From Accumulibacter sp. (GTDB taxonomy: Bacteria; Pseudomonadota; Gammaproteobacteria; Burkholderiales; Rhodocyclaceae), in assembly GCA_016788495.1 (NCBI GenBank), contig JAEUOM010000030.1:2959-66958 (forward strand): DNA of 64,000 bases. Reading direction: 5' to 3'. Positions within the stretch are counted from its first letter, which is position 1. The number at the start of each line of letters is the position of its first letter. The notes beneath the pieces were generated by a model that did not search any database, had not been told where the DNA came from, and saw only the letters and a program-made list of their open reading frames with translations. The position numbers were made by a program, and so were the translations under genes. Positions 22,103 through 32,683 of this stretch are shown here, in pieces.

Positions 22103-22687
22103 CTAGCCCCTCGGCAGCCGACCCATGAGGAAGAACTCTTCGTTCGGCCGCATCGAGCTCATGTTGGCCAGCCGGTTGGACATCGCGAAAAAGGCGGCGA
22201 CGGCACCGATATCCCAGATATCCGGGTCCGAAAAACCGTGCTCGCGTAACGCCGCGAAGTCGGCATCGCCGATTTCTGCCGAGTGCAACGCCACTTTCAG
22301 CGCGAAGTCGAGCATCGCCCGCTGCCGCGGCGTGATGTCGGCCTTGCGATAATTCACCGCCACCTGGTCGGCGAGCAACGGATTTCGCGCCCGCACCCGC
22401 AGGATCGCACCGTGCGCGACCACACAATACTGGCACTGGTTGGCCCCGCTGGTGGCGACGACGATCATCTCGCGCTCGGCCTTGCTGAGCCCGCTCTCCT
22501 TTTCCATCAGCGCGTCGTGGTAGGCAAAGAAGGCGCGGAACTCATCGGGGCGATGCGCCAGCGTGAGAAAGACGTTGGGAACGAAACCGGCCTTCTCCTG
22601 GACCTCCAGGATGCGGCTGCGCACATCCGCCGGCATTTCATCGGGCGCGGGCACGGGGAAGCGACTGATCGACGAGTTCATGGACAT
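22103..22687 (-). CDS. AhpD/CMD-family peroxidase-related enzyme
   Basis: GFVPNVF, EREMIVVATSGANQCQYCVVAHGA, MSNRLA. Confidence 0.9.
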   Translation of the reverse strand: MSMNSSISRFPVPAPDEMPADVRSRILEVQEKAGFVPNVFLTLAHRPDEFRAFFAYHDALMEKESGLSKAEREMIVVATSGANQCQYCVVAHGAILRVRARNPLLADQVAVNYRKADITPRQRAMLDFALKVALHSAEIGDADFAALREHGFSDPDIWDIGAVAAFFAMSNRLANMSSMRPNEEFFLMGRLPRG

Positions 22688-22974
22688 CTCCACGGTGAGG
22701 GGGTTCAAATCGCTGAATGATACACAATGGCCACCGCCGGCAGGTGACACACGTCAGCCAGGAAGCCTGCGTCAGCGCGTGGTCGCCCGCGGCCAGGCAG
22801 GATCCGCGGCTGACCACGGTGCGCTGCAGCCGCTCGCCCCCGGCAACCCCTGGCTGGCGTTGACCGCCCCCCGGGCCGGCAACCGCGGCACGTGTCGGCG
22901 GCCCGAAAATGGCCTTGCGGCGGCTGCGGAACAGGTTAGACTGCCGGTTTTCTGCAAACAGCCGGGCCGAACCG

Positions 22975-24447
22975 ATGACTCCGTCACGCATGCGCTCCCT
23001 TGTCCTGCTCTTCATGCTTCTCTTGCTCGGCGGTTGCGCCAGCCGCCCGGTGAATCCGCCGCTTGCCGAGGCGGACCCGAACACCGGCTACCGTTTCCAG
23101 GTGCGGCACGCGCAGCAGGCCAAGGGAAAGGAAAACCTGGTCATTCTCGCCTTCTCGGGTGGCGGCACCCGCGCCGCGGCGTTTTCCTACGGCGTCCTCG
23201 AGTTCCTTCGCCGTACCGAAGTGGTGGGACAGGACGGCCGGACTGTCCGCCTGCTCGATACCGTGGACGTCATCACCGGCGTCTCGGGCGGCAGCTTCAC
23301 GGCGCTTGCCTACGGCCTCTACGGCGACAGGCTGTTCGCCGACTACGAACAGCGCTTTCTGAAACGCGACGTGCAGGGCGAGATCATCGCCCGTACCTTC
23401 AGCCCGAGAAACTGGGGCAACCTCTGGTCACTGGGCTGGGGTCGTTCCGAGCTGGCCGCCGAGCTGTACGACGAAATCCTGTTCGATGGAGCCACCTTCG
23501 GCGATCTGGATCGTGGTCGCGGTCCGTTGATCCTGGCGTCAGCGACCGACATTTCGACCGGCGCCCGTTTCGTCTTCCAGCAGAACACCTTTGATGTCAT
23601 CTGCTCGGACCTCAACGCCGTCCCTTTGTCGCGGGCGGCCGCAGCGTCTTCGGCCGTACCGGTGGTCCTCTCGCCGGTGACGATCAACAACTACGGCGGC
23701 AGCTGTCAGACACGCCTGCCGCCCTGGGTAAAAATGTTCACCGACGCCACCGACCCGCCGCGACCGGCGGCGCGGGCGATCCGCTCGCTGCGCGACCTGC
23801 AGGCCTTCGGCGATGGCGTCCATCGGCCCTACCTGCATCTCGTCGACGGCGGTGTCTCGGACAACGTCGGCATGCGCGCGGTCCTCGACACGCTGGAGAT
23901 CTCGCAGGCGCTGCATGAGGCGGGAGCGCCAACGCCGCTTGATGGCATCCGCCGGGTCATCGTCTTCATCGTGAACTCGCTGTCGTCGCCGCCCACCGAC
24001 TGGGACGAATCCGAAAGCCCGCCCGGCACCGTGAGCATCCTGCTCAAGTCGGCCGGAGTACCGATCGACCGCTACTCCTATGAAGCGGTCGAACTGTTGC
24101 GAGACATGGCGGCGCGCTGGAATACCTTGCGTCTGATCGGCAAGTCGTCGGCAATGGCCGCCAACAAGGATCCCTTGGTGGCCGCAGCGCTGCGCGTTCC
24201 GGATGCCGAGATCTATGCCATCGACGTGTCCTTTCCCGAACTGCGGGACAAGGAGGAACTGTCCTATCTCAACGCACAGCCGACTTCGTTCGTGCTGCCC
24301 GACGAGGCCGTCGACCGTCTGCGCGCAGCGGCGGGACGAATCATCATGGACTCGCCGGAATTCCAGCGCCTGCTGCGCGACGTCGGCGCGCGAGTCATCG
24401 CGGACCCGCAGCGGCCGCAGGCACCGGCGGGGGCGAGCGCGCAGTAG
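22975..24447 (+). CDS. Patatin-like phospholipase, predicted lipoprotein
   Basis: LLLGGC lipobox, FSGGGTRAA, GVSGGS, HLVDGG. Confidence 0.88.
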   Translation: MTPSRMRSLVLLFMLLLLGGCASRPVNPPLAEADPNTGYRFQVRHAQQAKGKENLVILAFSGGGTRAAAFSYGVLEFLRRTEVVGQDGRTVRLLDTVDVITGVSGGSFTALAYGLYGDRLFADYEQRFLKRDVQGEIIARTFSPRNWGNLWSLGWGRSELAAELYDEILFDGATFGDLDRGRGPLILASATDISTGARFVFQQNTFDVICSDLNAVPLSRAAAASSAVPVVLSPVTINNYGGSCQTRLPPWVKMFTDATDPPRPAARAIRSLRDLQAFGDGVHRPYLHLVDGGVSDNVGMRAVLDTLEISQALHEAGAPTPLDGIRRVIVFIVNSLSSPPTDWDESESPPGTVSILLKSAGVPIDRYSYEAVELLRDMAARWNTLRLIGKSSAMAANKDPLVAAALRVPDAEIYAIDVSFPELRDKEELSYLNAQPTSFVLPDEAVDRLRAAAGRIIMDSPEFQRLLRDVGARVIADPQRPQAPAGASAQ

Positions 24448-24615
24448 GACTGCTGGCGGACGAGCCCCCTGCCCTCACGCAGCGGCGCCAGGGCGCACGC
24501 GCAGCCTCTGCCGGTCGCTGCCATCATCCAGCGGCGGTGCAGGCCGATAGCTGCCGGCGAGTCCGCGGCGGACATCGTCAGCCGTGACCATGGCGCGCAG
24601 CGATCGCATGCCCGG

Positions 24616-25497
24616 TCATGCCCGGCGACGCGACGGCCAGCGCAGCACCCCCGTTGCCAGCGCCGTCCCGAGCACGACGATGGCGCCACCGACCAGCATC
24701 CCGGCATCGAGGCGCTCGCCAAGAAAGATGCTGCCCCAGAGGATGCCGAAGAGCGGGATGAGGAAGGTCACGGTCACCGCGCGGGCGGCGCCGACGTTGG
24801 CGATCAGGCGGAAGAAGATGAGAAAGGCGAGAGCGGTACAGCCAACACCGAGCGTGATTGCCGCCGACCACGCCAGGTGACCGGGCAATTCCGCCGGCCA
24901 GGACCAGAGCGCGAGGGGCGTCATGACGATCGCCGCGACGATCTGCGAGCCGGCGGCACTGACCAGCGCCGGCACCTCGCCGAGAAGGCGTCGCGTCAGA
25001 TGCGCGGCAAAGCCGTACGACAGCGTCGCCAGCAGCATGGCGAGGATCGCCCAGCCGCTACCGCCCGGCTTGAAGTCGGCCTGGCCGGCGGCGAGCACGA
25101 GAACGCCGACGAAACCGACGACCAGACCGGCAGCGCGCGTCGCGCCGAGGCGCTCGCGCAACCACATGGCGCCAATCAGCGCGGTGAAGATCGGTACCGT
25201 CGCATTGAGAATCGACGCCAGACCGGCGGTGATCGACAGCATCGCCCAGGCAATCAGCGCAAAGGGTAGCGCCGAGCTGAAGACACCGACGACGACGATG
25301 CCGAACGCATGCTCGCGCAGCGCCCCGACCTGCCGCCGCAACATCAGCAAGGGCGTCAGGCAGGCGGCTGCCACCGCCACGCGCAGCCAGATCAGCGGCA
25401 GCGGGCCAAAGGCCGGCGCCGCGTAGCGCATGAACAGGAAGGAGCCGCCCCAGAGAGCGGCCAGCAGGACCAGGTCGCACAGGTCGCGCATGCGCAT
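24616..25497 (-). CDS. DMT/EamA family transporter
   Basis: LAALWGGSF, LNATVPIFT, VTFLIPLFG; about 10 TM segments. Confidence 0.9.
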   Translation of the reverse strand: MRMRDLCDLVLLAALWGGSFLFMRYAAPAFGPLPLIWLRVAVAAACLTPLLMLRRQVGALREHAFGIVVVGVFSSALPFALIAWAMLSITAGLASILNATVPIFTALIGAMWLRERLGATRAAGLVVGFVGVLVLAAGQADFKPGGSGWAILAMLLATLSYGFAAHLTRRLLGEVPALVSAAGSQIVAAIVMTPLALWSWPAELPGHLAWSAAITLGVGCTALAFLIFFRLIANVGAARAVTVTFLIPLFGILWGSIFLGERLDAGMLVGGAIVVLGTALATGVLRWPSRRRA

Positions 25498-25891
25498 CAG
25501 TTCGCTCTCTCCACAGACGCCCGCGGTGTGCCTTCGCGGTGACCGACCACGCGCATCGGCCTGCCGCCTGCCGACGCCGCACCAGGCAGACGCAGCCCGG
25601 TCGGCATCCGGGCGAAGCACGCTGGCAGCACGAGCGGCGGCACCGGGCAGGCGCGGACTCGGTTCACCTTCGGCGACGCTCCCGACTTCGCGACGGAGCC
25701 GGCCCCAATGGGCGAAAAGACGCGAGCGTACGGCATGCCGCTGCCCGCTGTCCAGGGAATCCCCGCTGCCTCACGCGCCGCGACGACAGCGGCGAGGCGA
25801 ACCACCCCCCGTCCTGCCTCGCGGACGTCGATCATCGAGCCATCGCACACGCTCCCGCGCCCTGCTCCCCAGCCCGCGGGAGACGAGCGCT

Positions 25892-26761
25892 TTACGATTG
25901 GACCGGAGGCCCGATACTGATGATTGCCAGCGAGACGTTGTCGCTGCCGTCACGCGCGAGCGCCAGCTCGATCAGTCGCCGGCAGGCGGCAGCAGCGTCG
26001 AGCCTGGCCACGACGCGGCCGATCTCGGCGGCGTCGACACTTTCCCAGAGACCGTCGGAGCACAGCACAAAGGAGTCGCCGATGACCGGCGGCGCATCGG
26101 CCTGCGTCGCCACACGCAGTGTCTTCTCGCTGCCAAGCGACAGGAGCAGGATATTGCGCGCCGGATGATGGCGTGCCTGCTCCGTGCTCAGCAGCCCGTT
26201 GCGTGCCATCTCGGCGGCGACCGTGTGATCGACGGTGAGTTGGCGGCAGCGGCCACCACGGCAACGATAGACGCGACTGTCACCGACGTGTGCGAAGAGG
26301 ACGCGGCTGCCCACCAGGATCAGCGCCGTGGCCGTCGTCCCCATCCCGGCAAGCGCGGAATCCGCAGCGGCAGCATGGGCGATCGCCAGGTTCGCGTCGT
26401 GCATGGCGTTGCTGAGCGCGTTTCCGGGGTCAACCTCACCGTTCGCGAAATAGCTCTGGCCCAGGGTTTCGACCGCCATGGAGCTTGCGACTTCGCCAGC
26501 ATTGTGCCCTCCCATGCCATCAGCCATCACCACCAGCACGCCGCGACGCTGCCACTGCCGCGCCTCGGCAGGCGAGAAGAAGGCGAGGGAATCCTGATTG
26601 CTGCTGCGGATGCGACCAATGTTGCTTGCCAGGTGCGCCTCGACACCATAGTCCATTGTCGACACGCCGCATGGGCCCGAAGCGGCAACGCGCTCATCGC
26701 CTGTCCCGCCAACGCGGATCGCAGACGGCAATTGCTGCAGTGACTGCTCCGGCGTCGTCAT
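25892..26761 (-). CDS. PP2C-family (Stp1-like) phosphatase
   Basis: SNIGRIRSSNQD, ADGMGGHNAGEVAS, GMGTT, HVGDSR, LCSDGL, DNVS; start may be nearer 26656. Confidence 0.88.
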   Translation of the reverse strand: MTTPEQSLQQLPSAIRVGGTGDERVAASGPCGVSTMDYGVEAHLASNIGRIRSSNQDSLAFFSPAEARQWQRRGVLVVMADGMGGHNAGEVASSMAVETLGQSYFANGEVDPGNALSNAMHDANLAIAHAAAADSALAGMGTTATALILVGSRVLFAHVGDSRVYRCRGGRCRQLTVDHTVAAEMARNGLLSTEQARHHPARNILLLSLGSEKTLRVATQADAPPVIGDSFVLCSDGLWESVDAAEIGRVVARLDAAAACRRLIELALARDGSDNVSLAIISIGPPVQS

Positions 26762-27190
26762 CGTTTCTCCCCTTTCTCTCGCGCCGACTGGTCGCTCCCG
26801 CAAGGCGGCCGCCACGGCCAGAAGACCCGCATGCCATTATGCCCGCATGCTGGAGTTTCGGGGTGCCTCGCGGCGTCGCTTCCTGCGGTCGGCAACGACG
26901 CCGGCGGCAGGAACCTGCACCGCGGCGGGCCGACTGCGGTTGCGGCGGCCCTGCAGGCGTCCGGTCAGCGATGGGTGAACGGCCGGATGCCTGCTATCCT
27001 GCGGCCTTGCGGAACTCTTCCCGGCCCGCGAGCCGACCGCCGCCTGCCGGAGCGACCCAGGCTGACCGCCAGAAGTCGCCGGCGCCACGATTCTCCGGCC
27101 GCAGCGAGGTGCAGGCCGTCGAGCATGACGGGCCGTGCTACAGCCGCACCGCCAGCACGCGGCGCCAGCCACCAGCCAGAGTGAGAACGA

Positions 27191-27799
27191 ATGAGTTATA
27201 CCTTTGCTTCTGCCACCATCCTGCTGATCCTCATCACCGACCCGATCGGCAACATTCCCATCTTCGCCAACGCGCTGCGGCATGTGGCGCCGGCCCGGCG
27301 GCCGTGGGTCATCCTGCGCGAGGTTCTCATCGCCTTCGTCCTCCTGCTGACCTTCATGTTCGTCGGCAAGGCTTTCCTCCGGCTGATGAACCTGAGCGAG
27401 CTGTCGCTGCAGATCGGCGGCGGCGTGATCCTCTTCCTGATCGCGCTGCGCATGATCTTTCCACCGCCGGGGACCGATGCCGTCGACCCGGCAGGGGAAC
27501 CGTTGATCGTGCCGCTCGCCGTTCCGGCCATCGCCGGCCCGTCGGCGCTGGCGACCGTTCTGCTGCTGGTGTCGCAGGCACCCGATCGCCGGTTGGAATG
27601 GATCGGCGCCCTGTGCATCACGATGGCCGTCAGTGCGATCATCCTCGTCCTCGCCGAGCGCATTCAGCGCGTCGCCGGTGATCGCATCGTGATCGCGCTG
27701 GAACGACTGATGGGCCTCGTGCTGGTGGCGATGGCCATCGAGATGATCCTGCGCGGCATCAAGACCTTTGCCCTGCAGATCTCGCAGGCTCACCCATGA
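27191..27799 (+). CDS. MarC family membrane protein
   Basis: DPIGNIPIF, IVPLAVPAIAGP, RLMGLVL. Confidence 0.92.
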   Translation: MSYTFASATILLILITDPIGNIPIFANALRHVAPARRPWVILREVLIAFVLLLTFMFVGKAFLRLMNLSELSLQIGGGVILFLIALRMIFPPPGTDAVDPAGEPLIVPLAVPAIAGPSALATVLLLVSQAPDRRLEWIGALCITMAVSAIILVLAERIQRVAGDRIVIALERLMGLVLVAMAIEMILRGIKTFALQISQAHP

Positions 27800-27890
27800 A
27801 GCCTTGCCGCGTGCGCCTGCGTCGCGGGTCGCGCGCCGCAAGAACCTGGCGCAAAGCATGCGACATCGAGACGATGCGCGCTCGCCACGA

Positions 27891-28418
27891 TCAGGAACGA
27901 CGCCGCCGCCACGCCCTGATCAGATACAGACGCCAGGCGGCACTGGTGACCACGAAGCCCAGCGCCGAGAGGCTGCTGGCGAGCGCGATCAGACCGACTG
28001 CCAGTGGCTTGGCAACGGCCAGCATCCACACCTGCATCGCCTCCGCCCAGCCAGTGAAGGCGCCAACACTGAACGCGGGCGGGGCGACGAAACCGCCGCT
28101 GTCGCCGATCAGCAGGCGACCGAGCTGGTAAGCCACGAGGTACAGTGGCACGATGGTGAACGGGTTGGTGTAGAGCGTCACGACCAGTGCGAGCGGCAGG
28201 TTGACGCGCAGGATCAGGGCACTGATTGCCGCCCCGATCATCTGCAGCGGACCAGGAATCAGGCCGCAGAACATGCCGACCGCAACCGCACCGGCGGCCG
28301 AGTGACGGTTGAGGTGCCACAGCCGGGGATGCAGCAGCCACGACTCGAAGGGACGCAACCAGCGGTTGTTGCGGATCGACTCGTGGTCGGGAAGGTACTT
28401 TCTCAGCATGCGACGCAT
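27891..28418 (-). CDS. DUF2062 domain membrane protein
   Basis: HPRLWHLNRHSAAGAVAVG, NLPLA, TNPFTIVPLY. Confidence 0.85.
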   Translation of the reverse strand: MRRMLRKYLPDHESIRNNRWLRPFESWLLHPRLWHLNRHSAAGAVAVGMFCGLIPGPLQMIGAAISALILRVNLPLALVVTLYTNPFTIVPLYLVAYQLGRLLIGDSGGFVAPPAFSVGAFTGWAEAMQVWMLAVAKPLAVGLIALASSLSALGFVVTSAAWRLYLIRAWRRRRS

Positions 28419-28580
28419 AGCCGGCATTATCGCAGGCTATACCCCGCAATGGCGCGCCGGAGGGATGCGGAACGGCCGGCGGCAGGCCGGACGAACTCGT
28501 TTGCCGGCCCAGATCAAAGACTGGAGCGCGCTGCCGGCGGAGAATCGCAGGCCATTCCCCCATCACCGCCGGAGACCACC

Positions 28581-28838
28581 ATGCACGCCTGCGATCAACC
28601 CCGTATCGACGCCACCCACGCCTTCGACGCCCGCGGGGTCGCGAAACGTTTTCGCCATGCAGCGATCTTCGGCGCGCTCGACGTCCTGACGCCGGGAGAG
28701 ACCATGCGCTTCTGCAACGACCATGACCCCCTGCCCCTGCTCGTGCAGCTCAAGAGCCGCTATGGCGATGCGCTGCAGATCAATTACGTGCAGCGTGAAC
28801 CGGGAGCGATCGTCGTCGACTTCCTCCGCACAGCCTGA
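28581..28838 (+). CDS. DUF2249 domain protein
   Basis: FDARG..KRFRHAAIFGALDVLTPGE, NDHDPLPL; GGAG RBS. Confidence 0.87.
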   Translation: MHACDQPRIDATHAFDARGVAKRFRHAAIFGALDVLTPGETMRFCNDHDPLPLLVQLKSRYGDALQINYVQREPGAIVVDFLRTA

Positions 28839-28949
28839 GGGTACCGGTCTCTTGCCAGAGGTCACCTGCCTGCCCGGTGCGGCACTCGCAGGTCGTGGCG
28901 CCGGTTCGCCCAGCCGCTGCGCCGTCACACAGGTGCGCAGGACAAGCGA

Positions 28950-30068
28950 TTGCTGACGTACCTCGGCCTCTCGGTCCTGGCCACCTTCGCCGTCGCGCTG
29001 GTGTTGCTGCCTCTCGGGCGACCAGCGCTGCCAGCAGTCGCGCACCTGCTGCTGACGGTCGGCATCATGCCGCTGATCTTCGGCGTCATCACCCATTTCA
29101 TACCCGTCCTGACGCGCAGCGGCGCCGCGCCACGAAGCTTGGTGCTGGCGCCGGTCCTGTTGCAGATTGCCGGCGGCCTGTCCTTTCTCAGCTTCACTGG
29201 CGAAGCACCGGCAGCAGGCTTCGCTGCAGCTGCCAGCGCTGCGCTGCTGCTGGCAGCCACTCTCGCCGGCTGGATGAGCCTGCGCGCGAGGCGGGCGCTC
29301 GGCACGCCGCATCCGTGCTGGCACTGGTACCTGGCAGCGATCAGCCTGCTCGGCATCGCATTGCTGCTCGTGCCGGCCATGGCCTGCTGGCCACAGGCGC
29401 GCAACACGCTGCGCCTGCTCCACCTGCACCTCAATGTGCTCGGCTTCGTCGGCCTGACTGCTCTCGGCACGCTGCAGGTCCTGCTGCCGACGGTACTGAA
29501 CGCCGCCGACGCCACCGCCGGCCAGCGCTTGCGGCGACACCTGCCGCTGGCTGTTGGCGCCGTCCTGATGATCGCTGCGGGCGCTGCCGTCTGGGTACCC
29601 CTGGCGCTGGCGGGCGCCCTTCTGCTGGCAACCGTCGTGCTCAGCCTCGTGCATGCGAACCTGATTCGCCATGGCTGGCGCCGACTGTTCGGCGATGGCG
29701 CGGCGGCCGCCCTGTCCGCTGCCTTGGCGGGGGTGCTGCTCCTGCTTGGCCTGGGAGTCGGACACGCTGCCGGAACGCTCGACAGCCGTGACAGCAGCGT
29801 CGCCTTCATCGTCGGCTTTCTCCTGCCGCTGGTCACCGGCGCCCTGACGCACCTGCTCCCGGTCTGGCTGCTGCCCGGCAAGCGGACACCGCGACGTGAC
29901 CGGCTGCATGCCACGCTGCGCCGCGGCGGCGTGCAGCGGGCGCTGCTGTTTCTTGCCGCCGGTGCGCTGCTCGGCAGCGGGGTCAGCGCTGGCGTGTGGC
30001 CAGCCTTGCTGGGGCTGCTCCACTTCTTCGGCGTTCTGCTGCAGGCCCTCTGGGCGAACTGCGAATGA
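28950..30068 (+). CDS. Polytopic membrane protein with intramembrane His residues
   Basis: About 12 hydrophobic segments; AHLLLTVG, HFIPVL, LHLHLNVLGF, HLLPVW; TTG start. Confidence 0.75.
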   Translation: MLTYLGLSVLATFAVALVLLPLGRPALPAVAHLLLTVGIMPLIFGVITHFIPVLTRSGAAPRSLVLAPVLLQIAGGLSFLSFTGEAPAAGFAAAASAALLLAATLAGWMSLRARRALGTPHPCWHWYLAAISLLGIALLLVPAMACWPQARNTLRLLHLHLNVLGFVGLTALGTLQVLLPTVLNAADATAGQRLRRHLPLAVGAVLMIAAGAAVWVPLALAGALLLATVVLSLVHANLIRHGWRRLFGDGAAAALSAALAGVLLLLGLGVGHAAGTLDSRDSSVAFIVGFLLPLVTGALTHLLPVWLLPGKRTPRRDRLHATLRRGGVQRALLFLAAGALLGSGVSAGVWPALLGLLHFFGVLLQALWANCE

Positions 30069-30201
30069 CTTGTTGAAGTATGAGATTTTCCACTTTAAAA
30101 CAACATACTCGAAGCTCTTTGTGAAAAACGTCTCAAGATCTGCGAAATGTGTCCGTTGCCACTGATATGATCGAAACGGTCAAGCATCTGCGACGGAGCG
30201 A

Positions 30202-30942
30202 GTGATGTTCAAGCACGACCACTTATCCCAGCTTCATTCATCCCGCCAGGCATCGCGTCGGCTGCACCGCCGCCCTGCCCTCCCGGGCGATCAACAGACG
30301 GCCCCCGGACATGCCTTGGGCGCCGTCGCAGACGGTGGGGCTCAACACCGGCGAATGCGGCGCAGCCGAACGGCTGCACCGCAGGCAACGATGCTCGAAC
30401 TGCTCGTGGCCGAGACGCGCATCGCCGATCTCGAAAGCGCATTGCGCAGGGCGCAGGCAGCAGCGCTAACCGATACGCTGACCGGCGCGCTGAATCGCCG
30501 CGGCTTTGACCAGGCGCACGAGCGTGAGGCCGCCCGCTCGCGCCGCAACGCCAGACCGCTCGCGCTGGCCCTGATCGACCTAGACGATTTCAAGCGTCTG
30601 AACGACACGCTCGGTCATCAGGCGGGTGACCAGGCACTGATTCATCTCGTCCGGACGCTGCGTTCCGCGTTGCGACCGTCCGACGTCCTCGGCCGTTTCG
30701 GTGGCGAGGAGTTCGTCCTCATGCTGCCCGACACCGAACTCGACGAGGCGGTGACCGCGCTCACGCGCTTTCAGCGACAGCTCGCCGACTGCCGCGTCAC
30801 CGGCAATGGCGTCGCCCTGACCTTCAGTGCCGGCGTCGTCGTGCAGGCGCCCGGGGAGTCGCTCGCGGAGTCGATCGAGCGTGCCGATACGGCGACCTAT
30901 GCCGCCAAGCGGGCGGGCAAGAACCGCGTCTTCAGCGGCTGA
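30202..30942 (+). CDS. Diguanylate cyclase (GGDEF domain)
   Basis: DTLTGALNRR, DLDDFKRLNDTLGHQAGD, RPSD I-site, GGEEF; true start may be 30391. Confidence 0.88.
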   Translation: MMFKHDHLSQLHSSRQASRRLHRRPALPGDQQTAPGHALGAVADGGAQHRRMRRSRTAAPQATMLELLVAETRIADLESALRRAQAAALTDTLTGALNRRGFDQAHEREAARSRRNARPLALALIDLDDFKRLNDTLGHQAGDQALIHLVRTLRSALRPSDVLGRFGGEEFVLMLPDTELDEAVTALTRFQRQLADCRVTGNGVALTFSAGVVVQAPGESLAESIERADTATYAAKRAGKNRVFSG

Positions 30943-31041
30943 CGCGGCGGCGACGTCGGGCGCCCCCGGAACCAGGGCGAGGGTCGGCATGCTAGACTGC
31001 GTCCTCGCCCACCTGCCCGCATCTTCCCGAGCCTCATCGCC

Positions 31042-32526
31042 ATGCGCTACATCTCGACTCGTGCCCGACCCACCGGCACTGCGGATTCGTCGAAGCGGAC
31101 GTTTTCCGAAATCCTCCTTGGCGGTCTGGCACCCGACGGCGGTCTCTACCTCCCCGAAACCTATCCCAGGGTCGGCCCGTCGGAACTCGCCCAGTGGCGC
31201 CGCCTGTCCTATGCCGACCTCGCCTGCGCCGTGCTGGCGCGCTTCATCGATGACATTCCCCCAGACGATCTGCGCACCCTGATCCACAGGACCTACACTC
31301 CTGCCATCTACCGCAACGGGCGCAACCGTTCGGCTGCCAGCGAGATCACGCCGCTGCGCTGGCTCGAACCGCCGGCACCGGAGCGTGGTGAGGGCGGGCT
31401 GGCCATTCTCGAACTGTCCAATGGGCCGACCCTGGCCTTCAAGGACATGGCCATGCAGTTGCTCGGCAACCTTTTCGAGTACGTTCTGGCGCGCAACGGC
31501 GAGGAAATCAACATTCTCGGCGCCACTTCGGGCGATACCGGTTCGTCGGCGGAGTACGCGATGCGCGGCAAGCGCGGCGTGCGCGTGTTCATGCTCTCGC
31601 CGCACGAGCGAATGAGCGCCTTCCAGCGTGCCCAGATGTACTCGCTGCAGGATCCCAACATCTTCAACATCGCCATCCGCGGAACGTTCGACGACGCCCA
31701 GGACATCGTCAAGGCGGTGTCGAACGACCACGCGTTCAAGAGCCACTACCGGATCGGTGCAGTCAATTCGATCAACTGGGCACGCGTCGCCGCGCAGGTG
31801 GTTTACTATTTCAAGGGGTACTTCGCAGCCACCGGCGGCCCTGGCGGCAACGACGGGCAGCCGGTTGCCTTCGCCGTCCCATCGGGCAATTTCGGCAACA
31901 TCTGCGCTGGCCACATCGCGCGCATGATGGGGTTGCCAATCGGCCGGCTGGTCCTGGCAACGAACGAGAACGACGTCCTCGACGAGTTCTTCTGCAGCGG
32001 CGTCTACCGCCCGCGCGCCACCAGCGAAACCGCGGCGACCTCGAGTCCGTCGATGGACATCTCGAAGGCCTCCAACTTCGAGCGCTTCGTCTTCGACCTC
32101 GTTGGCCGTGATCCGGAGGTCATCCGCCGGTTATGGTCGGCGGTCGATGGCGGTGACAGCTTCGACCTGTCGTCACAGCCCTGCTTCGCCCGTCTGCCCG
32201 ACTTCGGCTTCGTCTCCGGTCGCAGCACCCATGCCGACCGCCTGGAGACGATCCGCCGGACCCATGATCGCTACGGCCTGGTCATCGACCCGCACACCGC
32301 TGACGGGCTCAAGGTCGGCAGCGAACGCCGCACGGCGGAGATGCCGATGGTGGTACTGGAGACCGCCCTGCCGGCCAAGTTCGAGGAAACGATCGTCGAA
32401 GCGCTGGGGCGCAGACCCGAGCGACCCACCACCATGGAAGGCCTGGAGAAGCTGCCGCAGCGCGTTGAGATCATGGACGTCAGTGTCGATCAGGTGCAGC
32501 GCTTCATCGCGCAACACGTGCCGTGA
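31042..32526 (+). CDS. thrC: Threonine synthase
   Basis: MRYISTR, GLAPDGGLY, GPTLAFKD, ATSGDTGS, VPSGNFGN. Confidence 0.96.
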   Translation: MRYISTRARPTGTADSSKRTFSEILLGGLAPDGGLYLPETYPRVGPSELAQWRRLSYADLACAVLARFIDDIPPDDLRTLIHRTYTPAIYRNGRNRSAASEITPLRWLEPPAPERGEGGLAILELSNGPTLAFKDMAMQLLGNLFEYVLARNGEEINILGATSGDTGSSAEYAMRGKRGVRVFMLSPHERMSAFQRAQMYSLQDPNIFNIAIRGTFDDAQDIVKAVSNDHAFKSHYRIGAVNSINWARVAAQVVYYFKGYFAATGGPGGNDGQPVAFAVPSGNFGNICAGHIARMMGLPIGRLVLATNENDVLDEFFCSGVYRPRATSETAATSSPSMDISKASNFERFVFDLVGRDPEVIRRLWSAVDGGDSFDLSSQPCFARLPDFGFVSGRSTHADRLETIRRTHDRYGLVIDPHTADGLKVGSERRTAEMPMVVLETALPAKFEETIVEALGRRPERPTTMEGLEKLPQRVEIMDVSVDQVQRFIAQHVP

Positions 32527-32545
32527 ACTGCCGGCGATCGCGGCT

Positions 32546-32683
32546 TCAAAGGTAGATGACCGCCGGGAAGACGGCCGCAGCCAGAACCAGAACCAGCCAT
32601 TCGAGATTGTGTCGCGCGAGGAACCCCGTGAAGTGCATGATCAGTATCGTGATCGCCAGTACGTAGAACAGCGCAAATAGCAT
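32546..32683 (-). CDS. 45-aa two-helix membrane microprotein (not in ORF track)
   Basis: Reads MLFALFYVLAITILIMHFTGFLARHNLEWLVLVLAAAVFPAVIYL*, purine-rich AGGGAGAGGG upstream, GC3-rich codons. Confidence 0.75.
   Translation of the reverse strand: MLFALFYVLAITILIMHFTGFLARHNLEWLVLVLAAAVFPAVIYL

Noticed and set aside
25892-26761. Orphan PP2C as a type VI secretion marker
   Set aside because: No T6SS, FHA or kinase genes adjacent
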